Shown piece after piece: positions 26,476-39,360 of a DNA stretch of 64,000 bases (its first letter is position 1; every line of letters begins with the position of its first letter). The DNA comes from Balanoglossus misakiensis. Lineage: Eukaryota > Animalia > Hemichordata. The stretch lies in contig CM082586.2 of NCBI GenBank assembly GCA_040954595.2, forward strand, positions 8,587,337-8,651,336. The letters are read 5' to 3'. The position numbers and the translations under genes were made by a program. The notes under the pieces were generated by a model, which saw only the letters and a program-made list of their open reading frames with translations, was not told the origin of the DNA and did no database searches.

Positions 26476-28944
26476 CACAGGGGACACTCCCTCCGCGATT
26501 TTGTTTGTTTGTTTGTCGTTGTTGTTGTTGATGATGATTTTTGGCATAATAAACAAATACATATTTCTTTATTAATAAATATGGTTTGTTGACATGTAAC
26601 GGTTAGGGTATTATCAACGGTTAGGGTTTGTGTTGGCATTTTTTTTAGATCCACGGCCCCGGACATATCACTAAGCCAGGTGTTCATTGTTTGCAACACT
26701 TGAAGTCAATTTGCTACAGTAACAGTGCTGACTATGCACAAAGCGAAGCAAAGTGTTCAAAACTGATGGAGTTTTAGATTTCAAAGTCACTTTTTGGACC
26801 TGATTCTGCTTCAAGTCGCAGAATTTTTGTAGCTTCAGATATCTCACAGATAATAAATTGCCTCGCCCTCAGATTTCAAAAGACAAAATGATTCATTGGT
26901 CAGCTCCATCTACTGATGCATTGCTGATCAAAAAAATTCTGACAACTGGTTAGAAGTTAACAGGCAGGGGTTTACTTCATTTCTGCCACTTTTCAACTTA
27001 TCTTGTTAAAACTCACAAATTTAGTGTACTGTAATGTAAATGTAGTGCAAATTCTCCCAGGCTGATATTTTGATGGAAACTTTGTTAATGTTAGAGTAAT
27101 TTTGCAGACATTCCTTGATATTCCACCATAATTCTCTCAGTCAAAGTTATTCAGTCAGCTCTGTAAATGATGACAAATAACTTGTATTCATGTCTCATGT
27201 CAAGATGATTGGAAAAAAAATGTTTAGAACTGACATGGTCATGATTAAACTGGTTTCATTTCAAACACCCATATACAATTAGAATCATCAATGTCAAAAA
27301 AAGTCTTACTCATCCCACATTTTGTTACATGACACAGATCAGTGTTGTTGTATGTACACTGTGTGTACAAAAATCTATGACGTACAGGTATGTTTGTGGT
27401 AGCGAGTAGGTATGTACTATGACCGGGTATGTTGGTTTCCAGTATGTATGTTTGGGGAAGGGCTGTCTGTGTTTCTATGACTATGTATACCGGTATGTCG
27501 TGTGTAATGTCTAGATTTACATGCAAGTGAAGTCCATCCACCTGCAAAAACTTTAGTACTGCTGCATATATCACTGATATTTGATGTATAGCTGTATGTT
27601 GGACTGGAGATGGGCTTCAGCTCAAAGTTACTAGTACTTATCTCTTTAATAAATATGCAAATGAGCTGAAAACCATCTAAAATGGTTAAAATTGAAGAAC
27701 TACTGGTCACTGATAGACTGCCTTGAAAATTGGTGTGCATTTAAATACCTTTAGATGATGTCATTCATTTTGTTGTGCCTACAATATTTTTATACAATTC
27801 TTTGTAATATTTTATTATCAGTCAGGCTATAAGCTTACTTCGGAGCCTTCAAATTGAAAGCGCGAGTTATGAATGAAGCCATTTGAGTTTACAATATGTC
27901 AAATTCCAATGGGAATTCAACCATGCATGTACATTGAATGGTGGTCACATGTTTTGTCACCTGATATTCCAGTCGGGAATGACTTAACTAAATGTATGAA
28001 TTTTTCGCCACGTTCTTATTGCTTGTTTTTCACCATGTGTCATTTTTACCACATTTTGCGAATGTGGTGAGCCTTAACACAACCCCTGACATTTAAACAT
28101 GAAGATAAAGATACATGTATACTATGTTTGAATGTCTCTTCCCATGATTTCCATACTCAAAATTTTGATTTTTGCTCAAAATTGTTTTCAACTTTCTTTC
28201 TTGCAGGAGGAACTTTCCATGAAATCTGACAAGACTATAGTGGGGAAAAGTTGAAGATTACAGAAATGGATATACACTACTACTGTTACTACAGCTGATC
28301 ATTGAGAGGGAAGTATTATTTTTTATTTATTAATACTGTTTATTTTATTCTTTTGCGTGAAAGATGCAATGTATATGTTGTAGGATGATGCAGGATTACA
28401 AACACTAGCCTGTTGCAAAACATGGTAAGCATCTGCTAATGCTATTCAGTTTTGGTGTATATGATGTTCAAACGCAAATTTATGGTAAGGATGATGAGTG
28501 TACTGTTTTGATCACACCATCGGTCACATTAAAATTGGAGCAATTGTATGTCTTAAAATCAATAACAATTGAAAGAAAAAGTTAATATAAGAGCAGTCGA
28601 TCTGTGAATGAAATGTGTATTAGAAACAGTACAATGCATAGATCTAATAGATACTTTAAGTGAACACCAGTGCATTGGGTTTTGTTATCAAAAAGGTTAG
28701 ATTGTAGTTTGCAGACTGTAGGTTGATTTTAGACAGAACATTTTATGAAGTGTGAAATTAAGAAATGATTCAATAATAGACAGGATAACAGTATCAAATT
28801 TATGAAAATTATAATCTTTGGTGTTTGCAGTATAAGGTATGATAAAGTTTCAATGTAAATATTAAACAGGAATATCCTTGTACAAATTATTCAGTACAAA
28901 TATGAAACATTGACAATAATGATTAGGTGATAATAATGTGCACA

Positions 28945-28976
<32 letters not shown>

Positions 28977-30677
28977 AACAGTTGTTTCTGCATTGTGGAT
29001 GTCAGCTTGGTATTGTCAGATGTGGGTGGATCTTCAGGATACTTTGAGATGAAGAGGCTGGAGAATGAATATGTTTCAAATGATATAGGTGGTGATTGTT
29101 TGAATGGTCCATAATAATGGGTGTAATGTTGTATCTGTTAGGCTTGGCATTGTGGTTGTAGTGGTATTAATTAACAGAACAATAATGCTAGTGAAGGTTT
29201 AATTTAACCATAAATGTAAGACAGAGACTTTTTTCATTGAAACAGTCAGCCAGGTTCATCTTAAATATTCATCAGAATTGGTAGCCTAAACACTCATATA
29301 TGCATAGCTGATATTGTATACCCATACATTGTGATTCTGTGTACAAATTAGAGTAAGATGATCCTAGTACATAGAGCTGTTGGTGAAAACATTTATGACC
29401 GATGTAGATAAAATCATTGATAAAACCATGCATTTCTTTTCCCCTAAATGTGACTACAGGTGCTATGATGATTAGTTATGACGTCACTAACAATTTTCTT
29501 ACACATGCGCTCATTGTTATATACCGTATATAGGACTAGGTATTATGTTGAGATATTGTCTTGACACTGATTTATGTAATGCAATGACACTGCAGTTGGA
29601 TTGACTGTGGTATTTAATGTGTTTTTGTATAATATTACATTTCTTACAGGCAGGGCAAACAAATGTGTTGAATACCACTCTATGTGTGAGTGGAATGCAA
29701 AAAAGTGTGACTACATGTATGTCACACAAGGGATATTTACTTATAATTGCTGAATGTGTATTTTTCTATAGATCTGGTAGTATCTATAGATATAAAGTGT
29801 TCACTAATGGGTTCTCTTAATAACCAAATGAGTTTCATAAGTTGTGATAGTTGATATATACTTGATAATCTGTACGGGCAAAGTGTCACATGTGACTAAA
29901 AGTGGGTTTCCCCATTCTGACCTGGCCAGTCAGATTTGGGGATGTCATTACAAACCTTGCACTCGCAAACAGTACATACCTTGCACACACAAACATGACA
30001 TACTGTACACGTACTGGTGTAAGCAACCACTCACTCAGAGTGTTGATTGGTAACAAAGTAGTATATTTTATGATTAAGACTTTTAATGCTGCGTTATTAT
30101 GTGTATTATCATAATGATTTTTATATGTGGAACATGTGTCTTTTATTTTACAGGTACATTGCATTGCACTATTGATTCCAGATTATGTGATCATATAACT
30201 GCATTATGTAGGATTTGTATTTCAGATATGATTTATTCTTTTCAATACCATCCTGTCAGTTTCACCAACAGCTCTTTGTCTTCTCCCTTTTCATCGAGCA
30301 CTCATTTCTGTTTTTGGAAGTTGCATTAATTTAGTAAATCAACATTGAAAAATACTGGTGTATGATATCAGCTATGCAGATTTATAATTACCATTTGAAA
30401 GTTCAATATTAAAAAAAAATTCTTAGACTTCTAAATTATGTACTGATAATAATAAACATATAATATTTAAGAGTATAACAAAGCTAGATTAATAAACAAG
30501 AGACTATGGACTTTGTAGAATGTCATTGGATGAAAGTTTCTGACTTTCATTGGTCAATTAATATTTTGATTCTATTCCTGTAATGTTGTGATGGTGGTCA
30601 CAGTTTTGATGGTAATTGTAAAATGCTGTGTATATGGTGGTAACGTTGATGGTTATTTCTGATTTTGATGGCGGTTG

Positions 30678-30716
<39 letters not shown>

Positions 30717-30731
30717 CGATGATGATGATGA
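30678..30731. repeat. (GAT)n microsatellite
   Basis: Directly visible; a shorter tract lies at ~28945-28976. Confidence 0.95.
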
Positions 30732-31337
30732 AAATACAGTAATTTGTGATGATGAGTTTTTATTTATACTTGTCAAGTACACTTAGCTAAAAGGCAAAAT
30801 TTAGTAATTATGTAGTATGATGATATTAGGTAATAACAGTTTTGAGGACTTTCTTGAACTTGTAAATTGAAATGATGATTTTCTAAAAGGAGCTCAAACT
30901 AGAAAATGGTATAATACAGAAATTACATAATATGTAGAAAGGAGGTAACTACAGTAATAATTTGTTGATAATTTGTGTAATTTTAGTTTCATATGGGACT
31001 GCATCATTGACAATGATTTGGTAACTGAGTACTGGTCCATTTTTCTCCCATGGAAGTGGAGATAGTGTCACGTTTTATAAGTCTTTTGGGTAAAGAAATA
31101 AGTTTATCAGAGTATTTCAATGGGTAATGTGCATCAACTGGCTAACGAGCCAACAAAGAAAGACAATGAAAGTATACCAGAGGTAACATCAAACCTGCCC
31201 TGTCTATTATAATGAATTAATATTTACTATTTATTATTTGTTGCAGGTTTTAGGGTATGTTAGCAGCCAAGTTACAGTCTTTACCAGTCAATCAGTTATA
31301 ATTATTTACACATCTTTTCTCATTAGTTTCAGATTTC

Positions 31338-32170
31338 CATGATGCAGTATAGCCTCCATCCCATGATGCAGTATAGTCTCCATCCCATGATGCAGTATAG
31401 CCTCTAGCCCATGATGCAGTATAGCCTCCATCCCATGATGCAGTATAGCCTCCATCCCATGATGCAGTATAGCCTCCATCCCATGATGCAGTATAGCCTC
31501 CAGCCCATGATGCAGTATAGCCTCCATCCCATGATGCAGTATAGCCTCCATCCCATGATGCAGTATAGCCTCCATCCCATGATGCAGTATAGCCTCCATC
31601 CCATGATGCAGTATAGCCTCCAGCCCATGATGCAGTGTAGCCTCCAGCCCATGATGCAGTATAGCCTCCATCCCATGATGCAGTATAGCCTGCATCCCAT
31701 GATGCAGTATAGCCTCCAGCCCATGATGCAGTGTAGCCTCCAGCCCATGATGCAGTATAGCCTCCATCCCATGATGCAGTATAGCCTCCATCCCATGATG
31801 CAGTATAGCCTCCAGCCCATGATGCAGTATAGCCTCCATCCCATGATGCAGTATAGCCTCCAGCCCATGATGCAGTATAGCCTCCATCCCATGATGCAGT
31901 GTAGCCTCCAGCCCATGATGCAGTGTAGCCTCCATCCCATGATGCAGTATAGCCTCCATCCCATGATGCAGTATAGCCTCCATCCCATGATGCAGTATAG
32001 CCTCCAGCCCATGATGCCGTATAGCCTCCATCCCATGATGCAGTATAGCCTCCATCCCATGATGCAGTATAGCCTCCATCCCATGATGCAGTATAGCCTC
32101 CATCCCATGATGCAGTATAGCCTCCAGCCCATGATGCAGTGTAGCCTCCAGCCCATGATGCAATATATCC
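31338..32170. repeat. 24-bp minisatellite, ~35 copies
   Basis: Unit CCATGATGCAGTATAGCCTCCA(T/G)C. It is present as only ~1.5 units in the paralogous modules at ~33270, ~34536 and ~35119. Confidence 0.97.
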
Positions 32171-33663
32171 TCCTGTCCAGACGCCAAACGCATACAGGTA
32201 ACCAGGTAACATGATTCATGAGGTGTTAGTATGCAAATTAATTTTGTGTGAGCAGCCATTGAGTCATTACATTCATAAGCCACAAAGAAAATCTGAATGT
32301 CAGAAATGTCCATAGATTCACGTACAAGTCTTATGGTGTCTTGCATTCATGAAGACAAAAGAGTATATTTACATCATTTTGTTTGACACAAAAATACTCA
32401 GAAATATTTTTCATTTTTGCTGATAACAGTTTCTCCCTGATGATCAACATCTGCCAAACTGGATATGTAGGAATTCCTGTAAAGCAGCCAAGCAGAGTTC
32501 AAAGGTAACATTTCAGCTGTAAACACCATTATCGAGGCATATGGTACAATTATTTTTTTATGACTTGACCCCAATTTCTGTACAACTTGGTACATAGACA
32601 ATGTACTGTGACACATATGCACATCAAGTTATTTTGCAGTTTGATCCAGTAACAAAAAAAATCAAGTCCAAAGCCATCAGTCAGATGTCCTTGAACTGAT
32701 TCTACTCTGTCTTCATACAAGCATGACATACTCTGATGTATGTGCATGTCAATGTTTGTCTCTGTATGATCCAATATGGGGATCCGACCATGTGGCCATG
32801 GTTCTAATTGTTCATGCCTGGAGCTGCATACTCAGACTTGGTCTGTTACACTGCATTCAATCAAACACTGTCCCTCTATAACATGGTCTGGAATTGGCTT
32901 TGTTTTAAGATGTCAATCACCTACTCTGTAAAACCAGAGCGTGATATGGCTTGCAGTCATGGGGACAGTACCTTCGCATTGCTTGTGTTTTCCTCGACAA
33001 TTTGCACTAGTTGCCTTGTACTTTTGTCACTTTAGGCAGTTGTCCACTACTAGAATCAACACCCAATGAGAAATAAGTGTGTCTAATTAGCATACAGCCA
33101 AGTTGCAGTCTGTAGCAGTCAATCAGTTATTAGGCAGTTGTGCACTACTAGAATCAACACCCAATGAGAAATAAGTGTGTCTAATTAGCATACAGCCAAG
33201 TTGCAGTCTGTAGCAGTCAATCAGTTATAATTGTCTATTTACACATCTTTTCTCATTAGTTTCAGATTTCCATGATGCAGTGTAGCCTCCAGCCCATGAT
33301 GCAATGTATCCTCCTGTCCAGACGCCAAACGCATACAGGTAACCAGGTAACATGATTCATGAGGTGTTAGTATGCAAATTAATTTTGTGTGAGCAGCCAT
33401 TGAGTCATTACATTCATAAGCCACAAAGAAAATCTGAATGTCAGAAATGTCCATAGATTCACGTACAAGTCTTATGGTGTCTTGCATTCATGAAGACAAA
33501 AGAGTGTATTTACTGTCATTTTGTTTGACACGAAAATACTTAAGAAATGTTTTTTTTTTCATTTTTGCAGATAACAGCTTCTTTCTGATGATCAACATCT
33601 GCTAAACTGGATATGAAGGAACGCCTGTAAAGCAGCCAAGCAGAGTTCAAAGGTAACATTTAA

Positions 33664-34282
33664 AGGGGAAATCCGCTGTAGCTGATTTCTACATAATTTG
33701 GTAGCTTTGATGTCTCTCTTTCAGAAAAAAACATATTCGCCATGTATAGGTCACGCGATTTTTGACAAAATCTAGGGAAAGTTGGCAGAATTTCCAATAT
33801 GGCGTTTACTGTAATTTGAATCATGGGAAAAAAAGCGCCAGGAGCAACTTCCGCCCACCATGGTGTGGGTGATACCATTCTCCGATTGGTGTCACTGGGC
33901 GACAGACTAGGCGTATTTTCATAGCTATTGTTTGTTCTTTGCATCAGTTGATAAACAATCATCAGCAAAGTCGAAAATTTGTCATCTATTGACAGTTTTC
34001 ATGAGCTATAACCCATGAAAAATATGCAAATACGCTTAGCTTGTGACACAGTGACACCAATCGGAAAATGGTATCACCCACACCAAGGTGGGCGGAAGTT
34101 GGTCCTGGCGCTTTTTTTCCCATGATTCAAATTACAGTAAACGCCATATTGGAAATTCTGCCAACTTTCCCTAGATTTTGTAATAAATCGCGCGACCTAT
34201 ACATGGCGAATATGTTTTTTTCTGAAAGAGAGACATCAAAGCTACCAAATTATGTAGAAATCAGCTACAGCGGATTTCCCCT
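33664..34282. mobile_element. Young foldback MITE with TTAA TSD (Kolobok-like)
   Basis: ~234-bp nearly perfect inverted arms (AGGGGAAATCCGCTGTAGC...); TTAA at 33660-33663 and 34283-34286; the paralogous empty site is at ~35520. Confidence 0.92.
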
Positions 34283-37200
34283 TTAAGCTGCAAACGGCAT
34301 AAGCAGGGCATATGGTACAATTTTTAGATATGACTTGCCCCAATTTCTTGAACACTTTGGTACATAGACAATGTATTGTGACGTATATATGCACATCAAG
34401 TTATTTTGTAGTTTGATCCAGTAACAAAAAATCAAGTGCAAAGCCATTAGTCAGACATGCTTGAACTGATTCTGTTCTGAGTAGCATTCAGTTACCTTCT
34501 CTATTTACAAATTTGTTCTCATTAGTTTCAGATTTCCATGTTGCAGTATAGCCTCCAGCCCATGATGCAATATAAATATCCTGTCCAGACGCCAAACGCA
34601 TACAGGTAACCAGGTAACATAATTCATGAGGTGTTATTATGCAAATTTATTGTGTGTGAGCAGCCATTTAGTCATTACATTCATAAGCCACAATGAAAAT
34701 CTGTCATGAAGACAAGAGAACATATTTACTGTCATTTTGTTGACACAAAAATACTTAGAAATATTTTTCAGTTTTGCAGATAACAGTTTCTCCCTGATGA
34801 TCAAAATCTGCCACACAAGATATGTATAGGAACGCTTGTAAAGCAGCAGTGCAGAGTTCAGAGGTAATCGGGACATATGGTACAATTATTCTAATATGAA
34901 CCGCATTTTCATTAAAACTTGGTACTGTGACATACATGCACATCAAGTTATTTTGCAGTTTGATCAAATATGGCCGGCAGGCAGTCATATTTATTCAACA
35001 AATATATCATGCACAGACCGTCTATCTGTCATATGACGTTTGAACCGATTCTATTCTGACTTCGTACGAGCATGATGATGTATCATGTAATTTATAATTT
35101 TTTTCTCATTTCAGATTTCCATGTTACAGTATAGCCTCCAGCACATGATGCAATATATCCTATAGTCCTGACGCCAAACTGGTAACCAGGTAACATGATT
35201 CCTGTGGTGTAAGTATGCAAATTAATTTTGTGTGAGCAGCCTTGAGTCATTACATTCATAAGCCACCCCCAATGAAAATCTGAATGTCACAAAAGCCAAT
35301 ATTTGTCAATACATTCAGGCACAACAGTATATGGCATCTTGTGTTCTTGAAAACAGGAGATTAATTGTCCATAGATACATTTTACTGTCATTTAGTTTGA
35401 CACAAAAATGTTTATTGGCACAGTTTTCTTTTTTGCAGACAACAGTTTCTGATGATCAACATCTGCCAACCAAGATCTGTGTATGCGTGTGAAGCAGTCA
35501 AGCAGATTTCAAAGGTAATATTTAAGCTGCAAATATCATAAGTGAGGCATAATATGGTACAATTACAGTCGAATCTCATTAATAGTACAAAAAAGTTTAC
35601 AATGAAAACCCGCTTACGAAAGAACTGTCATTTATGGTCCCGAATTGGTGCCATTGTTTTTGTCATTTTGATTTTCTTAGTTTATGTTCATATAAAGTTG
35701 TATTCCGTCCTTAAAATTTGTTGTCAACATTTATTTCTCATCCTATTTTGTGTGAATTTGAGACCTGCGGCACAGTCATGTGATGAGAGTACATGGAAGG
35801 CAATACACACTGTAGGAAAGTAGACAATGTAGGAAGTCATCCATCTTAATTAAAGAAAATGTTCAGCCCCAGATCAGATCCTTGAACTGATTTTCTTCCA
35901 TTTCACGCAAGCACGTACTCTGATGACTGTGCTTGTCAATTAAAGTTTGTCTCCATATGATCCAATGTGGGGATCAGACCATGTGGCCATTGTTCTGATT
36001 TACCCCCCCCCCCCATTGCCATTGTTCTGATTTAATCCCCATTGTCATTGTTCTGATCCCTCCCTCCCCCCCCCCCCTTGTCATTGTTCTGATCCCCCCC
36101 CCCCACTGTATTCGTGCCTGGAGCCTTACTCAGACTCTGTCATTCAATCAAACTTGTGCGATTGCTCTGGAATATTAATGAGTTTGACTTAATCCAACAC
36201 CTTCCCATTAAAGACCAAAATATGGTCCCAAGGGTGTCTGTAATTGACAAGTTTCAGTGTACCTGCATGTCAATTAATTCTGTCTCCTTTTGATCCAATG
36301 TGAGGATCCGACTATGTGGGCATTGTTCAGATTGTTTTTATGTCTTCAGCGTACGTTACTTAGACTCGGTCTGTTACAATGTCATTCATTCAAACAATAA
36401 AGTTTAATGTTCTTACGTGTACATGTGTATGGATGTCATCACTTCGTGTAACGCTGAGAGCAAGAGCCATCAATTTCTTCATTGGGAGCTGAAAGGAGCA
36501 CATTTTTGTTAATGTTGAATGTCTCTTAGCTACTATGATAAATCAAGGTAGGTGTAATGTGCTCTTTGTGTTTGTAGGAAAGAAGAGGATACAGTAGGAA
36601 TTCAAAAGCCAGTGCATCAGGTGCAGAGTTTCCTCGGACAAGTTGACTTTGTTTTCGCGGACTTAAACCAACTTAGCTGTGCATGATTTCATCGTCATTT
36701 CACGAAGAGAACTTTTCCCCATATGGGGTGCAATTGAACATTGATCATTCCCTACCTCAGTTATTAAGATCTACATTCCAATTTTTTGTACAGAGAGAGG
36801 GAGCTGGTTTAAATTAAATTGCTATGTGTACATTTCAGTATGTCAACACTGATTCAAGATTGCCATTGAAATTTAATATTATCTCCATGAGTTATTCAGT
36901 ATAACCTGAAGGGTGTTGGGTCCTAGAGACACACTAACCATAGCACGTAACAATTAACAATTAAGAGTTAACTAATACCACTAACCGGTTACAGCAGCCT
37001 TCAGGTTACCAAGTAGCCTTAGAGTGCACAATTGCACAGAATAGTGAACAAAATAAAATAGGGATTACAGCATTATTCCTGTATTGGTACAACACTTTTG
37101 TGAAACCGTTGTGTTTAGAAAGCAAACACGACAATGAACTGTTAACAGTATTATTTGACTTGTTCCCTCTCTCTATAAACTTGATTTCTATTTTTCCATT

Positions 37201-37511
37201 ATTGTACTTGATATAGGCAGGATGATTAATATTTAAGTATGGACATGATGTACATTAAAGGCTATAAAGAAAAGTCAGGGTAGCTGATTGGCCTATGCAT
37301 AATTCCATTGATTTTATAGCAATATGATACAAAGTTAGCTTTTATAATAGCTTTTCATAGCCAAGGAGGATTTTGCATGGGTGATAACTTGTTATTTTAT
37401 ATTGTTCGTTTATTTTTTTTTTTATTTGCTTGCAAGCTTGTCCATTCATCATTCATTCATTCATTCTCCACCCATTCATTTATTCATTTATTTGTTTATT
37501 ATTTTATGTGG

Positions 37512-37543
37512 GGGGTGTGTGTATGCATGCATGTACCCGGGTA

Positions 37544-37574
<31 letters not shown>

Positions 37575-37708
37575 ATGTACATGTATGTACATGTAAGTAT
37601 GTATGTATGTATGTATGTATGTACATGTATGTACGGTATGTGTATGTATGTATGTATGTATGTATGTATGTATGTATGTATGTATGTACTGGTATGTATG
37701 TATGTATG
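37512..37708. repeat. Compound (GTCT)n/(GTAT)n microsatellite
   Basis: Directly visible; abuts the 89-bp array. Confidence 0.95.
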
Positions 37709-39057
37709 CATCTGTGGTTGTATTTGGTGTGTAAGCTGGTTCGTCATCATGGTCTTTGGGTGTCTGCAGTAGTACTCTGTGGTCATATTTGGTTATCTGA
37801 CGAAGCTGGTTCGTCATCATGGTCTTTGGGTGTCTGCAGTAGTACTCTGTGGTCATATTTGGCATCTGTGGTTGTATTTGGTTATCTGACGAAGCTGGTT
37901 CGTCATCATGGTCTTTGGGTGTCTGCAGTAGTACTCTGTGGTCATATTTGGCATCTGTGGTTGTATTTGGTTATCTGACGAAGCTGGTTCGTCATCATGG
38001 TCTTTGGGTGTCTGCAGTAGTACTCTGTGGTCATATTTGGCATCTGTGGTTGTATTTGGTTATCTGACGAAGCTGGTTCGTCATCATGGTCTTTGGGTGT
38101 CTGCAGTAGTACTCTGTGGTCATATTTGGCATCTGTGGTTGTATTTGGTTATCTGACGAAGCTGGTTCGTCATCATGGTCTTTGGGTGTCTGCAGTAGTA
38201 CTCTGTGGTCATATTTGGCATCTGTGGTTGTATTTGGTTATCTGACGAAGCTGGTTCGTCATCATGGTCTTTGGGTGTCTGCAGTAGTACTCTGTGGTCA
38301 TATTTGGCATCTGTGGTTGTATTTGGTTATCTGACGAAGCTGGTTCGTCATCATGGTCTTTGGGTGTCTGCAGTAGTACTCTGTGGTCATATTTGGCATC
38401 TGTGGTTGTATTTGGTTATCTGACGAGGCTGGTTCGTCATCATGGTCTTTGGGTGTCTGCAGTAGTACTCTGTGGTCCTTTTTGGCATCTGTGGTTGTTT
38501 TTGGTTATCTGACAAAGCTGGTTCGTCATCATGGTCTTTGGGTGTCTGCAGTAGTACTCTGTGGTCATATTTGGCATCTGTGGTTGTTTTTGGTTATCTG
38601 ACAAAGCTGGTTCGTCATCATGGTCTTTGGGTGTCTGCAGTAGTACTCTGTGGTCCTTTTTGGCATCTGTGGTTGTTTTTGGTTATCTGACAAAGCTGGT
38701 TCGTCATCATGGTCTTTGGGTGTCTGCAGTAGTACTCTGTGGTCCTTTTTGGCATCTGTGGTTGTATTTGGTTATCTGACGAAGCTGGTTCGTCATCATG
38801 GTCTTTGGGTGTCTGCATTAGTACTCTGTGGTCATATTTGGCATCTGTGGTTGTATTTGGTTATCTGACGAAGCTGGTTCGTCATCATGGTCTTTGGGTG
38901 TCTGCAGTAGTACTCTGTGGTCCTTTTTGGCATCTGTGGTTGTATTTGGTTATCTGACGAAGCTGGTTCGTCATCATGGTCTTTGGGTGTCTGCAGCAGC
39001 TCTGTTGCCATATTTGGAATCTGTGGTTGTATTTAGTTATCTGACGAAGCTGGTTCA
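37708..39057. repeat. 89-bp tandem array, ~15 copies
   Basis: Unit GCATCTGTGGTTGTATTTGGTTATCTGACGAAGCTGGTTCGTCATCATGGTCTTTGGGTGTCTGCAGTAGTACTCTGTGGTCATATTTG; the ORF track repeats every 89 nt. Confidence 0.97.
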
Positions 39058-39065
39058 CCAACCAT

Positions 39066-39360
39066 GCAGAAGCTGGTTCACCTCCCATTCAGACGCTGGT
39101 TCACCTCCCATTCAGTTGCTGGTTCACCACCCTCGCAGAAGCTGGTTCACCTCCCATTCAGTTGCTGGTTCACCACCCTCGCAGAAGCTGGTTCACCTCC
39201 CATTCAGTTGCTGGTTCACCACCCTCGCAGAAGCTGGTTCACCTCCCATTCAGTTGCTGGTTCACCACCCTCGCAGAAGCTGGTTCACCTCCCATTCAGT
39301 TGCTGGTTCACCACCCTCGCAGAAGCTGGTTCACCTCCCATTCAGTTGCTGGTTCACCAC
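39066..39360. repeat. 46-bp tandem array (~6 copies) made of two GCTGGTTCACC-core subunits
   Basis: GCAGAAGCTGG at 39135, 39181, 39227, 39273 and 39319. Confidence 0.95.

Larger units (their letters stand above)
31263..36400. repeat. Local segmental duplication: four diverged copies of a ~0.5-1.5 kb module plus fragments
   Basis: TTTCAGATTTCCATG...CAGGTAACATG...ATGCAAAT...GATAACAGTTTC...GTTCAAAGGTAA recurs at ~31327, ~33260, ~34526 and ~35109. A 97-bp tandem duplication lies at 33033-33228. Confidence 0.92.

Noticed and set aside
32206-32300. Intronic box C/D snoRNAs in the duplicated modules
   Set aside because: The candidate C box reads ATGATTC rather than RTGATGA and lies against the donor; no antisense element recognised.
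31306-32346. ORFs of MEAILHHG, WRLYCIMG and MMQYSLHP repeats
   Set aside because: Alternative frames of one 24-bp minisatellite; no independent evidence of coding.
33660-34286. Twin ORFs MVSPTP.WAEV.PGAFFPMIQ... on opposite strands
   Set aside because: Mirror translations of the inverted arms of a MITE.
37708-39360. CRISPR-like array (regular repeats with a palindromic core)
   Set aside because: No unique spacers because whole units repeat; no cas genes; eukaryotic context.
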